Shown here piece by piece: positions 20,301 to 27,009 of a stretch of 39,215 nt of DNA (positions are counted from its first letter, which is position 1; each line of letters starts with the position of its first letter). Under the pieces are notes generated by a model that did no database searches, was not told where the DNA came from, and saw only the letters and a list, made by a program, of their open reading frames with translations. The position numbers and the translations under genes are program-made. The DNA is from an uncultured Clostridia bacterium (GTDB lineage Bacteria; Bacillota; Clostridia; Christensenellales; UBA1242): NCBI GenBank assembly GCA_937914725.1, contig CALDMJ010000216.1, positions 1-39,215 on the forward strand, given 5' to 3'.

Positions 20301-23300
20301 AGCGTATTTTATAAGCGCGCTTTCATAAATTGCGCCTTCAGGCTTTGTGATAACAATATAGTTTTCAATTTGTCCGTTCTCATTTTTGCGCTTATCGACG
20401 TTGAGTGACACGAGCGCGTCAAGTTTCACGGTATAGAACACAGTCAATTCGTTTGACCAGTCGGAATCGTCCCAATATACTCCGTCGCCGAGTTCTTTGA
20501 CTTTGATTTTGTAAATTCCAAGCCCTGTGATTTCCATTGTGTTGGTAAGATTGATGATTGTTGACTGGATGTTTTCATATACAAGAGATTTTGTTGCACT
20601 GCCTGAGAGAGCACTTTCGCTTTCGTAGTACTCTATGTCTAATGTATAGCCTGTTCCATCGCCTTGCCCAATGATTGTCAATTTGTGCGTTTCTTGGTCA
20701 AACGTGATTGTTGGCGCGGCGAGGGCGTGCGTGAGATAGAAGTCGTAGGTTGTGTACAAACTATCATAGTAGTACCCTGTTGCGTTGACGCGGACGCCGA
20801 GCAAGAATTTGCCTGTTGTTCTATCGCCGATGACTTCCGTGAGGTCGAAACGGTTTTCGGTAACGTCGTTAGCAATCAAGTGCTCGTCCACTGAGAATGA
20901 GTATGTTTCAGCGTATGGAACAACATCCCAAACAGCGTAATACTTTCCGTCCACATTTTCGACTGTCAAGTTTGCTGGTGGTGTGAACTTGAGCCACAAT
21001 TCGTATGGCAAACTGTTGCTTGGTTCGCTTTCAAGGAAGTAGTCGTATGTTTCGGCAACAACTGCGATGTCGTATTTATTTGCGCCTTTGAAAGCGCTAA
21101 GTTCCGTCTTGATGTCGACTGTGATTTCCGCTTCCCCGTTGTCGGCGATGCCCGTTTTGATCTTTGTCCAAACATTTTCGGTTGGAAGTTTTGCGACGAT
21201 TGCGTAAGATTTTGCGTTGTTGCTTGTAGCAAACTTTGCTTCGACGCGGTTATTTCTACCGATGACGGAGATTAGGACTGGCGAATCAAGTTGCACGTAT
21301 TTCGTGTATGTATATGTGACTAGTTGCGACGGGTCAACCATATTTTTGTGCGAGAAGCTTTGCACTTCAAAGTCATAGAAGCCGTCGCCGTACACTTTAA
21401 TATATTCGCGCAAGTTTACGACGCTCAATTTGAATGAGTCGTCCGTAACTTCAATAAGCGTGTAGGTGATTGCTTTGTTTCTAAATGTGAGTTTTAGGTA
21501 TTCAAACTCCATTCGCACATCACTTGTCCACGACACTTCTTGCAAGACGTCGTCATACTTAAAGTTCGTTGGGTCGGCGAGTTTGATGCGGATTTCCGCC
21601 GTCACTGGCGTTGACCACGCGGAGTTGCCGAGGAACAATTCCTCGACTTTGCGCGTCATTGCGCTAATTGTGAATTTTCCGACGCCGCCGAGACTTGCAA
21701 TTGTTGTTGAAAGGTCTGCCCTTTCTTCATTGACAATAATATCATTTGAGACAAAACTACCGTCGTTTTGTTCAATGCTGACGCGAATTGTGTAGCCGTT
21801 GAGCGCTGTTTCAGCGCCAGTGAAGGTTAAAACCTTTGTTTCGTTGTTAAAGGTTAGGTTTGTTGGCGTTGGCTGCTTATCAAAGTACGCATATTCAGCA
21901 ACATTTGAGTATGAGGAATAGATAATTGGCGTTTCTGTGACTTCGGGTTGCTCAAGCACGGCGCGGACGCGCACTTCGTACTTGCCAAAGCCTTTGCTTT
22001 CTAAATATTCTGTAATGTCGCAGTTAGTTTTTACTGTTCCTTTGCTAAATTTAGTCGAAAGGACTTCAAAACTTGCGTTTGCTAGTTCGACAACTTGTTT
22101 TGTGCCGTCGACTGTTTGCAATTCGTGCGTTTTTCTAATTTCAACCTTATAATACTCGGCAAAACGCGTTGTTGTGAATGTTGCGTAGTAATGTACGCCG
22201 TCGTCGAGCGTTTGTTCGGTTACTTCGACGTCATTTGGCGCTTTCAAGATTGGCGTGTAGTCATATTCCTCTGCTTTGCTTGGGTCTGAATTTTCATAGT
22301 ACCCTACGCCGACTGCGGTGAGGACAATTTTGTTTTTGCCTGCCGAAATGATTGAATAGATGTCGCAGGTTGTTAGGCGCGACGTCATAATACTAATTGC
22401 GCCTGAAACTTCGCTTTCGATGCTAATGAGATAGTTAGTTGCATTTTCAACTTGCGTGAAGTAGAGCAAGACACTTTCTTCATCAACATTGTCGACCATA
22501 ACAAATCGCGGCGTTTGCAGTTTGATTTTGTTTTCAAACATCGCAACTGCGCTAAATTTACTATCCTTGTATCCAGCAGTTGCTACTTCGTCAGTGACAT
22601 TGCCGACGCATTTTACTTTAGCCGAATACTTTTTCGCGACAGTCAATGGTTCAAACTCAAAGATACTGGCATATAGACTTGAAATATCAACTTCAAATGC
22701 TACAGTTTGATTTTCGTCATCGACTGTGCTTGTCACAAATTGCGAGTAATCTGGGTTTGTCACAATGTTTGCGTATTCAACGCCGTCAAACCACAAAACA
22801 TAGTCACTTGCGCGGTAATCGCCACTAAATGAGAATATCATTGTGTTTGTTTCGCCGATTGAGCGTTTGTAGAGCGCAACATTTGTTGGCGTGTTCAAGA
22901 CGATTTGGTGCGAATATTCCGCCGTCGTTTCTTCCGATGCGCGGAAGTAGCCGCACGCATTGACGGTTATTGCAATTTTGTATGTTGTTGGTTGCGTGAA
23001 AATTGCTGAGGTGTCAAGAATTGTATCATAGACAACTTCGTTGTAGATTTCGTTGTCGTTTTCGTCAAGAATTACAACTGTATAGCCATTTTTCGGCGCA
23101 AACTTGACATCCCCTACCACATTTTGCGCTATTGCTGTAAATGTCAAATATTTTCCGTTTTCCAGAACTTCGATATTTTGAACCGGTGCGAATTGGTCGA
23201 GGACATTTAATTCAAGCACTGCACTAAAGTCACTTGTGAGGTAATAGCCGTATCCGTTGGCTTTGACCCTAATTCTAAAGTCACCGCCGATTGCGTCTTC

Positions 23301-24455
23301 AAGGTCTCGGCGCAAATTGATTTCGTTTGCGGTAGTATTCTTTTGGAAGAATGTGGTGCCCTCGCCATTAACAAGTTCGACCGTATAACTATACGCGTGC
23401 GGAACGGCGTCCCAACTAAACCACACAAGTTCGCCGTTCATTTGGTAGCGGAGTCCGTTTGGCATTGAAAGTTGTTGATAGACGTCAAAAGTAAGTGTTT
23501 CTGAATTTTCGCTTGCCAAGTACCAAATCACTTCTTCGTCTAGTCCTTGTGATTGGACATTGTTTGCGTAGACGTAAACCTCATATTCACCGATATCGTC
23601 GACATCTTGCGCGCTAAAATATATGTAGTTCGACGAAATTGGGGAAAATTTTTTTGGCTCAAGATTGCCGTGTGACAAAACCACTGTGTAGGTTTGCGCA
23701 TTTTCTACTGCGTCCCACGCAAGTTTTTTGTCCGCTTGGCTATAAATAAGATTGGTTGGAGCATTGAGCCTACCTTTCAAGCTATGCTCGACTGCAACTG
23801 AGGATGGCGATTGATTGATGAATTCGTTTTCAGCGATTGCTTTGACTGAGAATGAGTAGTTCTTTGTATAGTCAACCACAACGTCGCTGATGTCAAACTC
23901 AGTCTTGCTGACGATTGCTGTTGTCGCGGTGGAAATGTCGGCATTTTCGATAATCGTAACTTCGTACATATCCGCTCCGTCAACTTGAACCCACACGAGT
24001 TTTGCATCGTACTTATCAATTTCCGCAATTGGCTGCGCGAGAGTTTTTGTAACAACAAAGTCATCCGCAAAAATAACATCACTGTTTTTAAAACCATTGT
24101 CGGCAATTGCTTGCACGGAGATTGCATACTTCTTTGGCGATTCGACAAGGTTTGTGATGTCGATGTTCAAATCGTCCGCACCAACTTGAACGACATTATT
24201 GTCGATGCTATAGCGGTAGGCGCTGGCGTTTTTGACCTTATCAAACTTAAGGTACACATTGTCGCCCAACTTTTCTACCCTGACATTTGCTGGGTTATCT
24301 AGTTGGATGCGCGTTTGGTACGATGTTTGGAAATATATAAAAAGCCCTAATCCTGCGACCATAATCAGAAGCGCCAAAACACTCAGTGACTTTAGCCACA
24401 TTTCGCGAACCTTTATTCTTTTTTCAATTTTTGCTCTTGATTCAATCTCACTCAT
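11364..24455 (-). CDS. Giant (4363 aa) N-terminally membrane-anchored surface protein: tandem FN3-like modules plus a unique C-terminal domain
   Basis: Uninterrupted ORF from the track. ATG at 24455 has AGAGG 6 nt upstream. Residues 21-42 (LKSLSVLALLIMVAGLGLFIYF) are the only obvious hydrophobic helix. No LPXTG motif or C-terminal anchor is visible. The body is a periodic module of about 100 aa carrying the W-x-x-V-x-x-A-x-x-Y-x-V signature. Confidence 0.9.
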   Translation of the reverse strand: MSEIESRAKIEKRIKVREMWLKSLSVLALLIMVAGLGLFIYFQTSYQTRIQLDNPANVRVEKLGDNVYLKFDKVKNASAYRYSIDNNVVQVGADDLNIDITNLVESPKKYAISVQAIADNGFKNSDVIFADDFVVTKTLAQPIAEIDKYDAKLVWVQVDGADMYEVTIIENADISTATTAIVSKTEFDISDVVVDYTKNYSFSVKAIAENEFINQSPSSVAVEHSLKGRLNAPTNLIYSQADKKLAWDAVENAQTYTVVLSHGNLEPKKFSPISSNYIYFSAQDVDDIGEYEVYVYANNVQSQGLDEEVIWYLASENSETLTFDVYQQLSMPNGLRYQMNGELVWFSWDAVPHAYSYTVELVNGEGTTFFQKNTTANEINLRRDLEDAIGGDFRIRVKANGYGYYLTSDFSAVLELNVLDQFAPVQNIEVLENGKYLTFTAIAQNVVGDVKFAPKNGYTVVILDENDNEIYNEVVYDTILDTSAIFTQPTTYKIAITVNACGYFRASEETTAEYSHQIVLNTPTNVALYKRSIGETNTMIFSFSGDYRASDYVLWFDGVEYANIVTNPDYSQFVTSTVDDENQTVAFEVDISSLYASIFEFEPLTVAKKYSAKVKCVGNVTDEVATAGYKDSKFSAVAMFENKIKLQTPRFVMVDNVDEESVLLYFTQVENATNYLISIESEVSGAISIMTSRLTTCDIYSIISAGKNKIVLTAVGVGYYENSDPSKAEEYDYTPILKAPNDVEVTEQTLDDGVHYYATFTTTRFAEYYKVEIRKTHELQTVDGTKQVVELANASFEVLSTKFSKGTVKTNCDITEYLESKGFGKYEVRVRAVLEQPEVTETPIIYSSYSNVAEYAYFDKQPTPTNLTFNNETKVLTFTGAETALNGYTIRVSIEQNDGSFVSNDIIVNEERADLSTTIASLGGVGKFTISAMTRKVEELFLGNSAWSTPVTAEIRIKLADPTNFKYDDVLQEVSWTSDVRMEFEYLKLTFRNKAITYTLIEVTDDSFKLSVVNLREYIKVYGDGFYDFEVQSFSHKNMVDPSQLVTYTYTKYVQLDSPVLISVIGRNNRVEAKFATSNNAKSYAIVAKLPTENVWTKIKTGIADNGEAEITVDIKTELSAFKGANKYDIAVVAETYDYFLESEPSNSLPYELWLKFTPPANLTVENVDGKYYAVWDVVPYAETYSFSVDEHLIANDVTENRFDLTEVIGDRTTGKFLLGVRVNATGYYYDSLYTTYDFYLTHALAAPTITFDQETHKLTIIGQGDGTGYTLDIEYYESESALSGSATKSLVYENIQSTIINLTNTMEITGLGIYKIKVKELGDGVYWDDSDWSNELTVFYTVKLDALVSLNVDKRKNENGQIENYIVITKPEGAIYESALIKYAFYEIDSIDSDIEEGQEAVLQIISKQTEFKIEGLANAKYYKVVATILGAFDSVQDYKDSTELSDTERAAAIRDLAYYNNSDEKTVNMSTLGSELSAPIIEKITMTESKNLEIIFSKVLNAEDYTLLVTRQSKGAIIYNAVINVENVNAQIGADSIIVTFSAMIDEFTDEYDIYNIKLCANEVLGENGEVVYAKSPNTEYDFEWTVALSAPTVEFIKQVDGSLRIQVSNIAFATGYELELKINSFTQTYTLNTDAYIDFSSPQYGAYTARAKALGDTYHKDSDWGESEDYYNRMELGGVEWVEIISNGDVATLATRIYAQWNEVEGAKMYGVKVEKDGAFVGEYTTNKTYFDLINLFKDPNNGYGTYTVWAKTNGDGAYITGESTYTKYATYRYKGQFEVPLGLEIVYEYNIDEYPTTLSYYAKFGQVSGAEKYIIKFYSNDEAKTEIKTIELSVNDLDISNGNCTADITDVLKYIDGGVYLATIKVAETRSSLESAESEPYEFTNYHIHDDPSLSASQIGNTPFVRLRFSEISTASLYSLRINSQLYLENGETFAYSSGYIDINAKFLNIGGKNLFVLRIVGDLGAYYLDTYYSTAMSNFTFKLQNVEDILIEQDDKTQIADGTNYHIWLSFRQVDFATSYELWIDNAKVSTLPAGQEKYDISALFQNKMPKDDYEIRLIATDSVYGLSNSDSTLYKFDYTLQFSAPTSFVLSDSGTNLIASWSAPQNFEAFSALASANRVTLGVQTYKIVVYYILDGEEILAEEIPDINTMTRDLTDIVCEAGAWRIYVYASANGAFDESKDAAIETYDVVIKLDAVKNLRIYESGDKVLLDFDKVTELNYVYASGYLKNLYYEVYLNNGSIVKIAHSSSTTGIDITKHLWGGDNIVYVITRNNDTEHFIDSSQSDDAEYNYDTAFIALTNATIYHNDQRNKQFFRFDDFEVNGMTSDEILNLTYTLTFYNEAGEQISTYDKYVATRYDSTTLEIDVTSVINSKPGAYTVIAKINGYQKTFTVNSKTVHFVMKESKEVTITYDHKLRAETLALSLLVIDTEGKERINDEGLEMQEMWLTFDVKFAETYINRASEFTYVLLINQREYYLTLPFSNELIGEMVTASGYMTGGTAQVNVSTRVKISERTEGGERKISLTFSLVELLQADGFNIYMTGAISIKAKSAEQGYYLESVYQTNFLRYDYYLRYMTPTGLELVKRDDGKHYIKWDEPIHPHIRDYYSIIDAYNVTIISEGVVGETGVVTDPNKTKGGKHSQDFTPDKIIAENGYLYYEVENILFAGHNTVSLKCNASPTRYYYESGTVTITKQAFAKKIKTPIFDVKDLDINLTGNDSAKKGVEIVITNVDNVIDYDQELRKVVNYNVDAIYRLTITGQSECKSDTINPNDKTYMNYVVDFKVGKSGIYDMLSGTALYNKVSFAYSDNKGKLHIIWQFAEPGRYTYTVTALGNANNYTLDSDAQTLDHDTFYCAPSLSVAVKVYDNESGSEQVRQATATTRMSKIVLEWQTELSKFYNAEYQLDIVGLYNRGASLVIPTVNVQNKTSITFSSTENAEIFDQIMKRPANYTFTLKSMAKTGAAAADSDETITYYLESAGQQLIYNYIVKINTPSDLSVVEIDGSEYIKVKIPQYFEDAGIEKNIQQIFVAYKITQGDPSFNLGANQRQLYNEDTKAPVKLGEKVVGENDGYYYIDITGKLYPSNNKINIYFNSISEQNFAQSDESEFIYNYIITLAQVKSALITNVYDKNGYVAGFTFSFENVQYNKYFAYRLDIVGTEYNSNYKKSLLLKADPSAYVAGSASNYSIVRCYEIEYGVNSIAGQKIVTANDLYTRSVSGGSYSYSQFRYVPCENSTSYSNTLTFLVLIDGGLPDKYAISITTLGELDQQSNANALIRDLPIASATKSSQPFDFSYIMKGTLVPVNLSIGISQGGTFNEATANSSSNVVAYIYNNDNKDDSFAYLHYTIGQSTAGLQSMSGNVVLRAYLQDSQAQKYYLYYKNIRDSKTDKIEILKWQGSYIASTNGVVITYDATTKKYVAYIDLFVINDGVLKKNANYQLYVSAYNNSKITNAQNKEEYIYDSTEINSVSRYASRFDKVVKPNVTYDSGSRRFVIANFSRIENIVNMRLGNSPYNFVVNLSQNGSNTTTMSIASGTITTRRSDVVPYKMGTTLYIPYDFVKKELDERGYSVGETEIKMYVDVEERGYIWDSDYSDEISFAYKAYIGFPNFAITESEYYGGQYATTGNRSHVYSEYEFNNSSELARTIMSRYTLNTTAYVARQNWSLLIEVEYYGNSKTTTINVVSGQNNDLTVFYRRNAKNATGMIGDLLGGSPSYGSYDFSMRILGVYDRYENLVSSDIVEFDESSYSRTFDVKYKLFKPQYAELVLNDSESEIECLNVSYRSDSVVQRLYDSSRMYYSIERESRREKSGSVGLSYKDVRYRSTVTFSGVKNSGTYTALVCISSDNDYIFDSDDYETESVFIPFVPGIKTATIKVSSTNEVTLKIEVGKLTDPDGVKFESSTLSAGSFEFELELINAATGISTGKTYTGTVTDIQAQLNADFSRLMSNTTGTTFAPGAYYCKVKTTNTPTIGGYTYKESAEFYVNEATCYRSNNQSSLQSRASDCKYTVAYSNWNKNTSFDVLRTSNTFKGLVTGGRINPILDGSDVALNFVQYRSVAKDHTTKEVVISSSDNMVSNSNRKELLFSTVSPSNWPDEFVLGTYSRATQTKSNEKWDMYLFIRLDETSLKNRFGALSFKSGKTIKDYIVLPSNAAKETLGTQEYVVYAGPNDVAKRQRLSPTLNLTVSTSEVTGTFGWRVGWNYYAEWRQGNNIGYIDRTEVKFYYYVTTNEKGSIDDPFKGTDILSEWQTGGIIGGSISWAWDKWNFVHQISNFRTSILDGNDKGDTKCKQYLGDFDDKWVDFATKRRITDDKVWVVSQVYSNTTEYDDSAVVHTDNWDGAKPFEKVGSKTAIPTYET
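12477..24296 (-). repeat. Array of roughly 35-40 diverged FN3-like modules of about 100 aa (protein-level repeat)
   Basis: Recurrent module starts have the form L-x-x-P-x-N-[LV]. The second-strand signature recurs: LVWVQVDGADMYEVTI, LAWDAVENAQTYTVVL, FSWDAVPHAYSYTVEL, AVWDVVPYAETYSFSV, AQWNEVEGAKMYGVKV, LYFTQVENATNYLISI. I counted at least 29 modules in the first approximately 2900 residues. I spotted no long near-identical DNA repeats by eye. Confidence 0.65.
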
Positions 24456-24558
24456 ACTAAACCTCTTTTGTATTTTGCAAAAACGTTATGATATTTTGCG
24501 CATTTTTTAAATTAGTAATCACAAACTTATAAAAATATTATTTTTATAGCTTATTTAA

Positions 24559-24588
24559 AGTTTACCAAATATCGACACAAAAAGTCAA
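24559..24588 (-). promoter_or_regulatory. Candidate promoter of the giant gene
   Basis: On the minus strand: TTGACT (24588-24583), an 18-nt spacer ending in TGG, then TAAACT (24564-24559). It lies downstream of a terminator-like hairpin and about 100 nt upstream of the ATG. Confidence 0.4.
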
Positions 24589-24606
24589 ACATATTGCTGG
24601 CAATTT

Positions 24607-24634
24607 AAAAAAAGGTGTGATTTTTTCCACCTTT
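24607..24634 (-). terminator. Weak terminator-like hairpin after the 367-aa gene
   Basis: 7-bp stem aaaggtg/caccttt (24611-24617 / 24628-24634) with a 10-nt loop, followed by a T-run on the minus strand. The stem overlaps the stop codon and is AT-rich, so it is weak. Confidence 0.35.
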
Positions 24635-25736
24635 AATTTGACTTTGTTTCGGGGCTGCGCAGTTTATAAGATTTCAGAAAATCTTTCAATTCCTCAATAT
24701 GCCCTGTTTTATCAATTTTGTTGACAAGTTCGACAAATTCACTGCGCGTCACTTCTAGTAACCTTTGCGATTCGTCTAGTTTTTGTTTGAGCGCTTGATT
24801 TTCACATTTTATGATTTCAAGTTTTCGCGTGTTTGCACCGAGTCGAGCGAGCATTTCTTTTAAATTGGCATTTGCAAGTGAACATTCATCGCGAAGCGCT
24901 TTGGGCGCATTTTCGATTGCGCTGCGCTTGACCATTTTGACAAGTCCCATAAACAAATTATTGATATCGGCATCCGTCAAAGTTTGGGATTTTGGCATTC
25001 GTAGAATCTTTGCATCGGGTTCATTGCGCGTGATTTCACACAATGTGCCTTCACGATTTAAATTTACATTTTGGGGCGTAGTTATTTTCGTCATTTTTTG
25101 TTGACTTGTGCCGTTTTTTTCATTGCTTTGCAAAATATTGTTTTTTTCACTTCTTGCGGTTATACTGTTATTTTTTGTCACTTTCCCCTTGTTTTTTGCA
25201 AGAATACTACCATTTTTTGCAAGCAATTGATTATTTCGATGTATAAATTTAGTGGTATTGTCAAGTGTTTTTTTGAGATTAATTTTACTTAGTTGCGAAA
25301 CCGTATTTTCCTCTTTTTGTGGGATACTCTTTTCATAATTCAGTCCCAATTTCAACAAATATTTTGGATTGCTTTTCAACAAACTGCGATATTTATTTTG
25401 CAGGCGCAGCATCATTTTCGCGTCACCACAACTCACGTTATAGCACGCTTGGCGCACCGATTTTGTGCGGTTTACTTCACTGACAAGTTCACGCATAGTT
25501 GCTTTAAGTTCTGTTTCCTTGAAATGCTTACACTTTTCAATGTTAAATGCGCCTTGCAATTTGTATTGTTTTACTGCGCTATAATATAGGTTGCGGACTG
25601 TTTCACATTTTAGATCGTGTTGCATTGCAAAAACTTTGAATGCACGCAAACGCGGCATATGTGCCTCGTCCGTTTGTTTGATATATTCAAATAGTTGTCG
25701 TATTCTTTTTTGCATTTGGTCGTGTTTGATACTCAT
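24633..25736 (-). CDS. Hypothetical protein; possible Myb/SANT-like (RsfA-like) helix-turn-helix N-terminus, N/K/T-rich linker and C-terminal coiled coil
   Basis: I prefer the ATG at 25736 (MSIKHDQ..., GAGGTG RBS) over the track start at 25757. RLRAFKVFAMQHDLKCETVRNLYYSAVKQYK resembles the RsfA/Myb pattern (AF..A..L.RT...C..RW....K.QY) as I remember it. The C-terminal region LKEMLARLGANTRKLEIIKCENQALKQKLDESQRLLE is heptad-like. Confidence 0.7.
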   Translation of the reverse strand: MSIKHDQMQKRIRQLFEYIKQTDEAHMPRLRAFKVFAMQHDLKCETVRNLYYSAVKQYKLQGAFNIEKCKHFKETELKATMRELVSEVNRTKSVRQACYNVSCGDAKMMLRLQNKYRSLLKSNPKYLLKLGLNYEKSIPQKEENTVSQLSKINLKKTLDNTTKFIHRNNQLLAKNGSILAKNKGKVTKNNSITARSEKNNILQSNEKNGTSQQKMTKITTPQNVNLNREGTLCEITRNEPDAKILRMPKSQTLTDADINNLFMGLVKMVKRSAIENAPKALRDECSLANANLKEMLARLGANTRKLEIIKCENQALKQKLDESQRLLEVTRSEFVELVNKIDKTGHIEELKDFLKSYKLRSPETKSN

Positions 25737-25911
25737 TATCTTCACCTCTAAATGCAATTATTGACACTTAAAAATTATATATACACTATAAAAGACTTGA
25801 GACGGCAAGTATTATAATAAGCAGAATCATTATGTGTCGCTGATTATAACAATTTTTTGTCTAGTAACGCAAATGTATTTACTTTTGCTACTTTTTTGCA
25901 AAGTTAAATAT

Positions 25912-26916
25912 CTAATTGTCAATAAGTTCGAAATTGTCAATTTTGTCACCAACCATTTCTATTTTGCAAAGCTTGCCAACATATTTTTCGTTTTCTTTGT
26001 AAATCAAAACAACTGCTTTTTTGTCACACATTGATGTACTTTGCCTTACCTCTTCAAAAGCGCCAAAATAGGCTTTGAGGTGCGCGTCGTCAACTGCCTC
26101 GCTAAGCGCGTCGGTCAAGTACGTTCTACACAATTTGAGGTCACCAAGTCCCAAACTCTCAAAGAATGCAAACGGCACGATTTGAGGCAAAACTTTAACA
26201 TCCTCTTTTAAACTCACGATATATTCATCGACTTTTATAATTTGAGAATTTACTATACCATAGATACGGACTTTACCATGTTTGTTGATATCAAAACACT
26301 TTGTCAGTGTCTTTATTTCCTTTTCCCCTATTTCAATTTTGTGGCACAATAATTCAAGGTTTGCTTGATATTTACCGTTTGCGCTTATAAACAGTGCGTA
26401 GTCATAGTCATCGACAAAGCCCGATACTATGATAAAAAATTCATTATCTATATATGCGCTGCTAATTTTACAACTTTGCACTTGGCTCGACAATTTATGA
26501 TTGAAAATATTGTTGTTTTTCTCCCATATTTGCAATGTTTGCGACCAATTCTGCGCGCCAAATTGCTTGATTATTTTAACTTGGACATTTGATATTGGCG
26601 AATTAATTGATTGCGCTAGTTCTATGATTGGCTCTTGGTAAGTTAATTGGTATGGATGGAAAACGACGTCGTAGCAGTCGTACGGCAATTTGACAACGGC
26701 GCACCTATCCGTGTTAACTGACACTTCCGCCCCGCTTACGTGGACTTTACAAGAATACGGCAAGCACTCAAAGTTATTAAGCGGGAAAAATGTCAAAATA
26801 AAATCGTTGTTTACTTTAATAGAAACTTGCTGAGCATCGTTCTCTAAAACGCCAACGGTTTCACCGTCTTTTTGCACCATACATTCAAATTGCGCTCGCA
26901 CTGCTATTGTCTTCAT
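25912..26916 (-). CDS. Hypothetical cytoplasmic protein (334 aa), no recognisable motifs
   Basis: Internal ATG at 26916 (MKTIAVRAQFE...) has GAGG 6 nt upstream. The longer 495-aa track ORF would overlap the divergent YugP-like gene and its promoter. No TM helix or signal sequence is evident. Confidence 0.65.
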   Translation of the reverse strand: MKTIAVRAQFECMVQKDGETVGVLENDAQQVSIKVNNDFILTFFPLNNFECLPYSCKVHVSGAEVSVNTDRCAVVKLPYDCYDVVFHPYQLTYQEPIIELAQSINSPISNVQVKIIKQFGAQNWSQTLQIWEKNNNIFNHKLSSQVQSCKISSAYIDNEFFIIVSGFVDDYDYALFISANGKYQANLELLCHKIEIGEKEIKTLTKCFDINKHGKVRIYGIVNSQIIKVDEYIVSLKEDVKVLPQIVPFAFFESLGLGDLKLCRTYLTDALSEAVDDAHLKAYFGAFEEVRQSTSMCDKKAVVLIYKENEKYVGKLCKIEMVGDKIDNFELIDN

Positions 26917-26963
26917 ATAAAACCTCATTAAATTTATATGTTTGCAAAATTGCGAATATTCAT

Positions 26964-26992
26964 TTGTAGTTTTCGCAATTTTTTGGTATAAT
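26964..26992 (+). promoter_or_regulatory. Candidate promoter of the first YugP-like gene
   Basis: TTGTAG (26964-26969), a 17-nt spacer ending in TGG, then TATAAT (26987-26992). GGAGA RBS precedes the ATG at 27010. Confidence 0.5.
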
Positions 26993-27009
26993 ATTTCAAT
27001 GGAGAAAAA

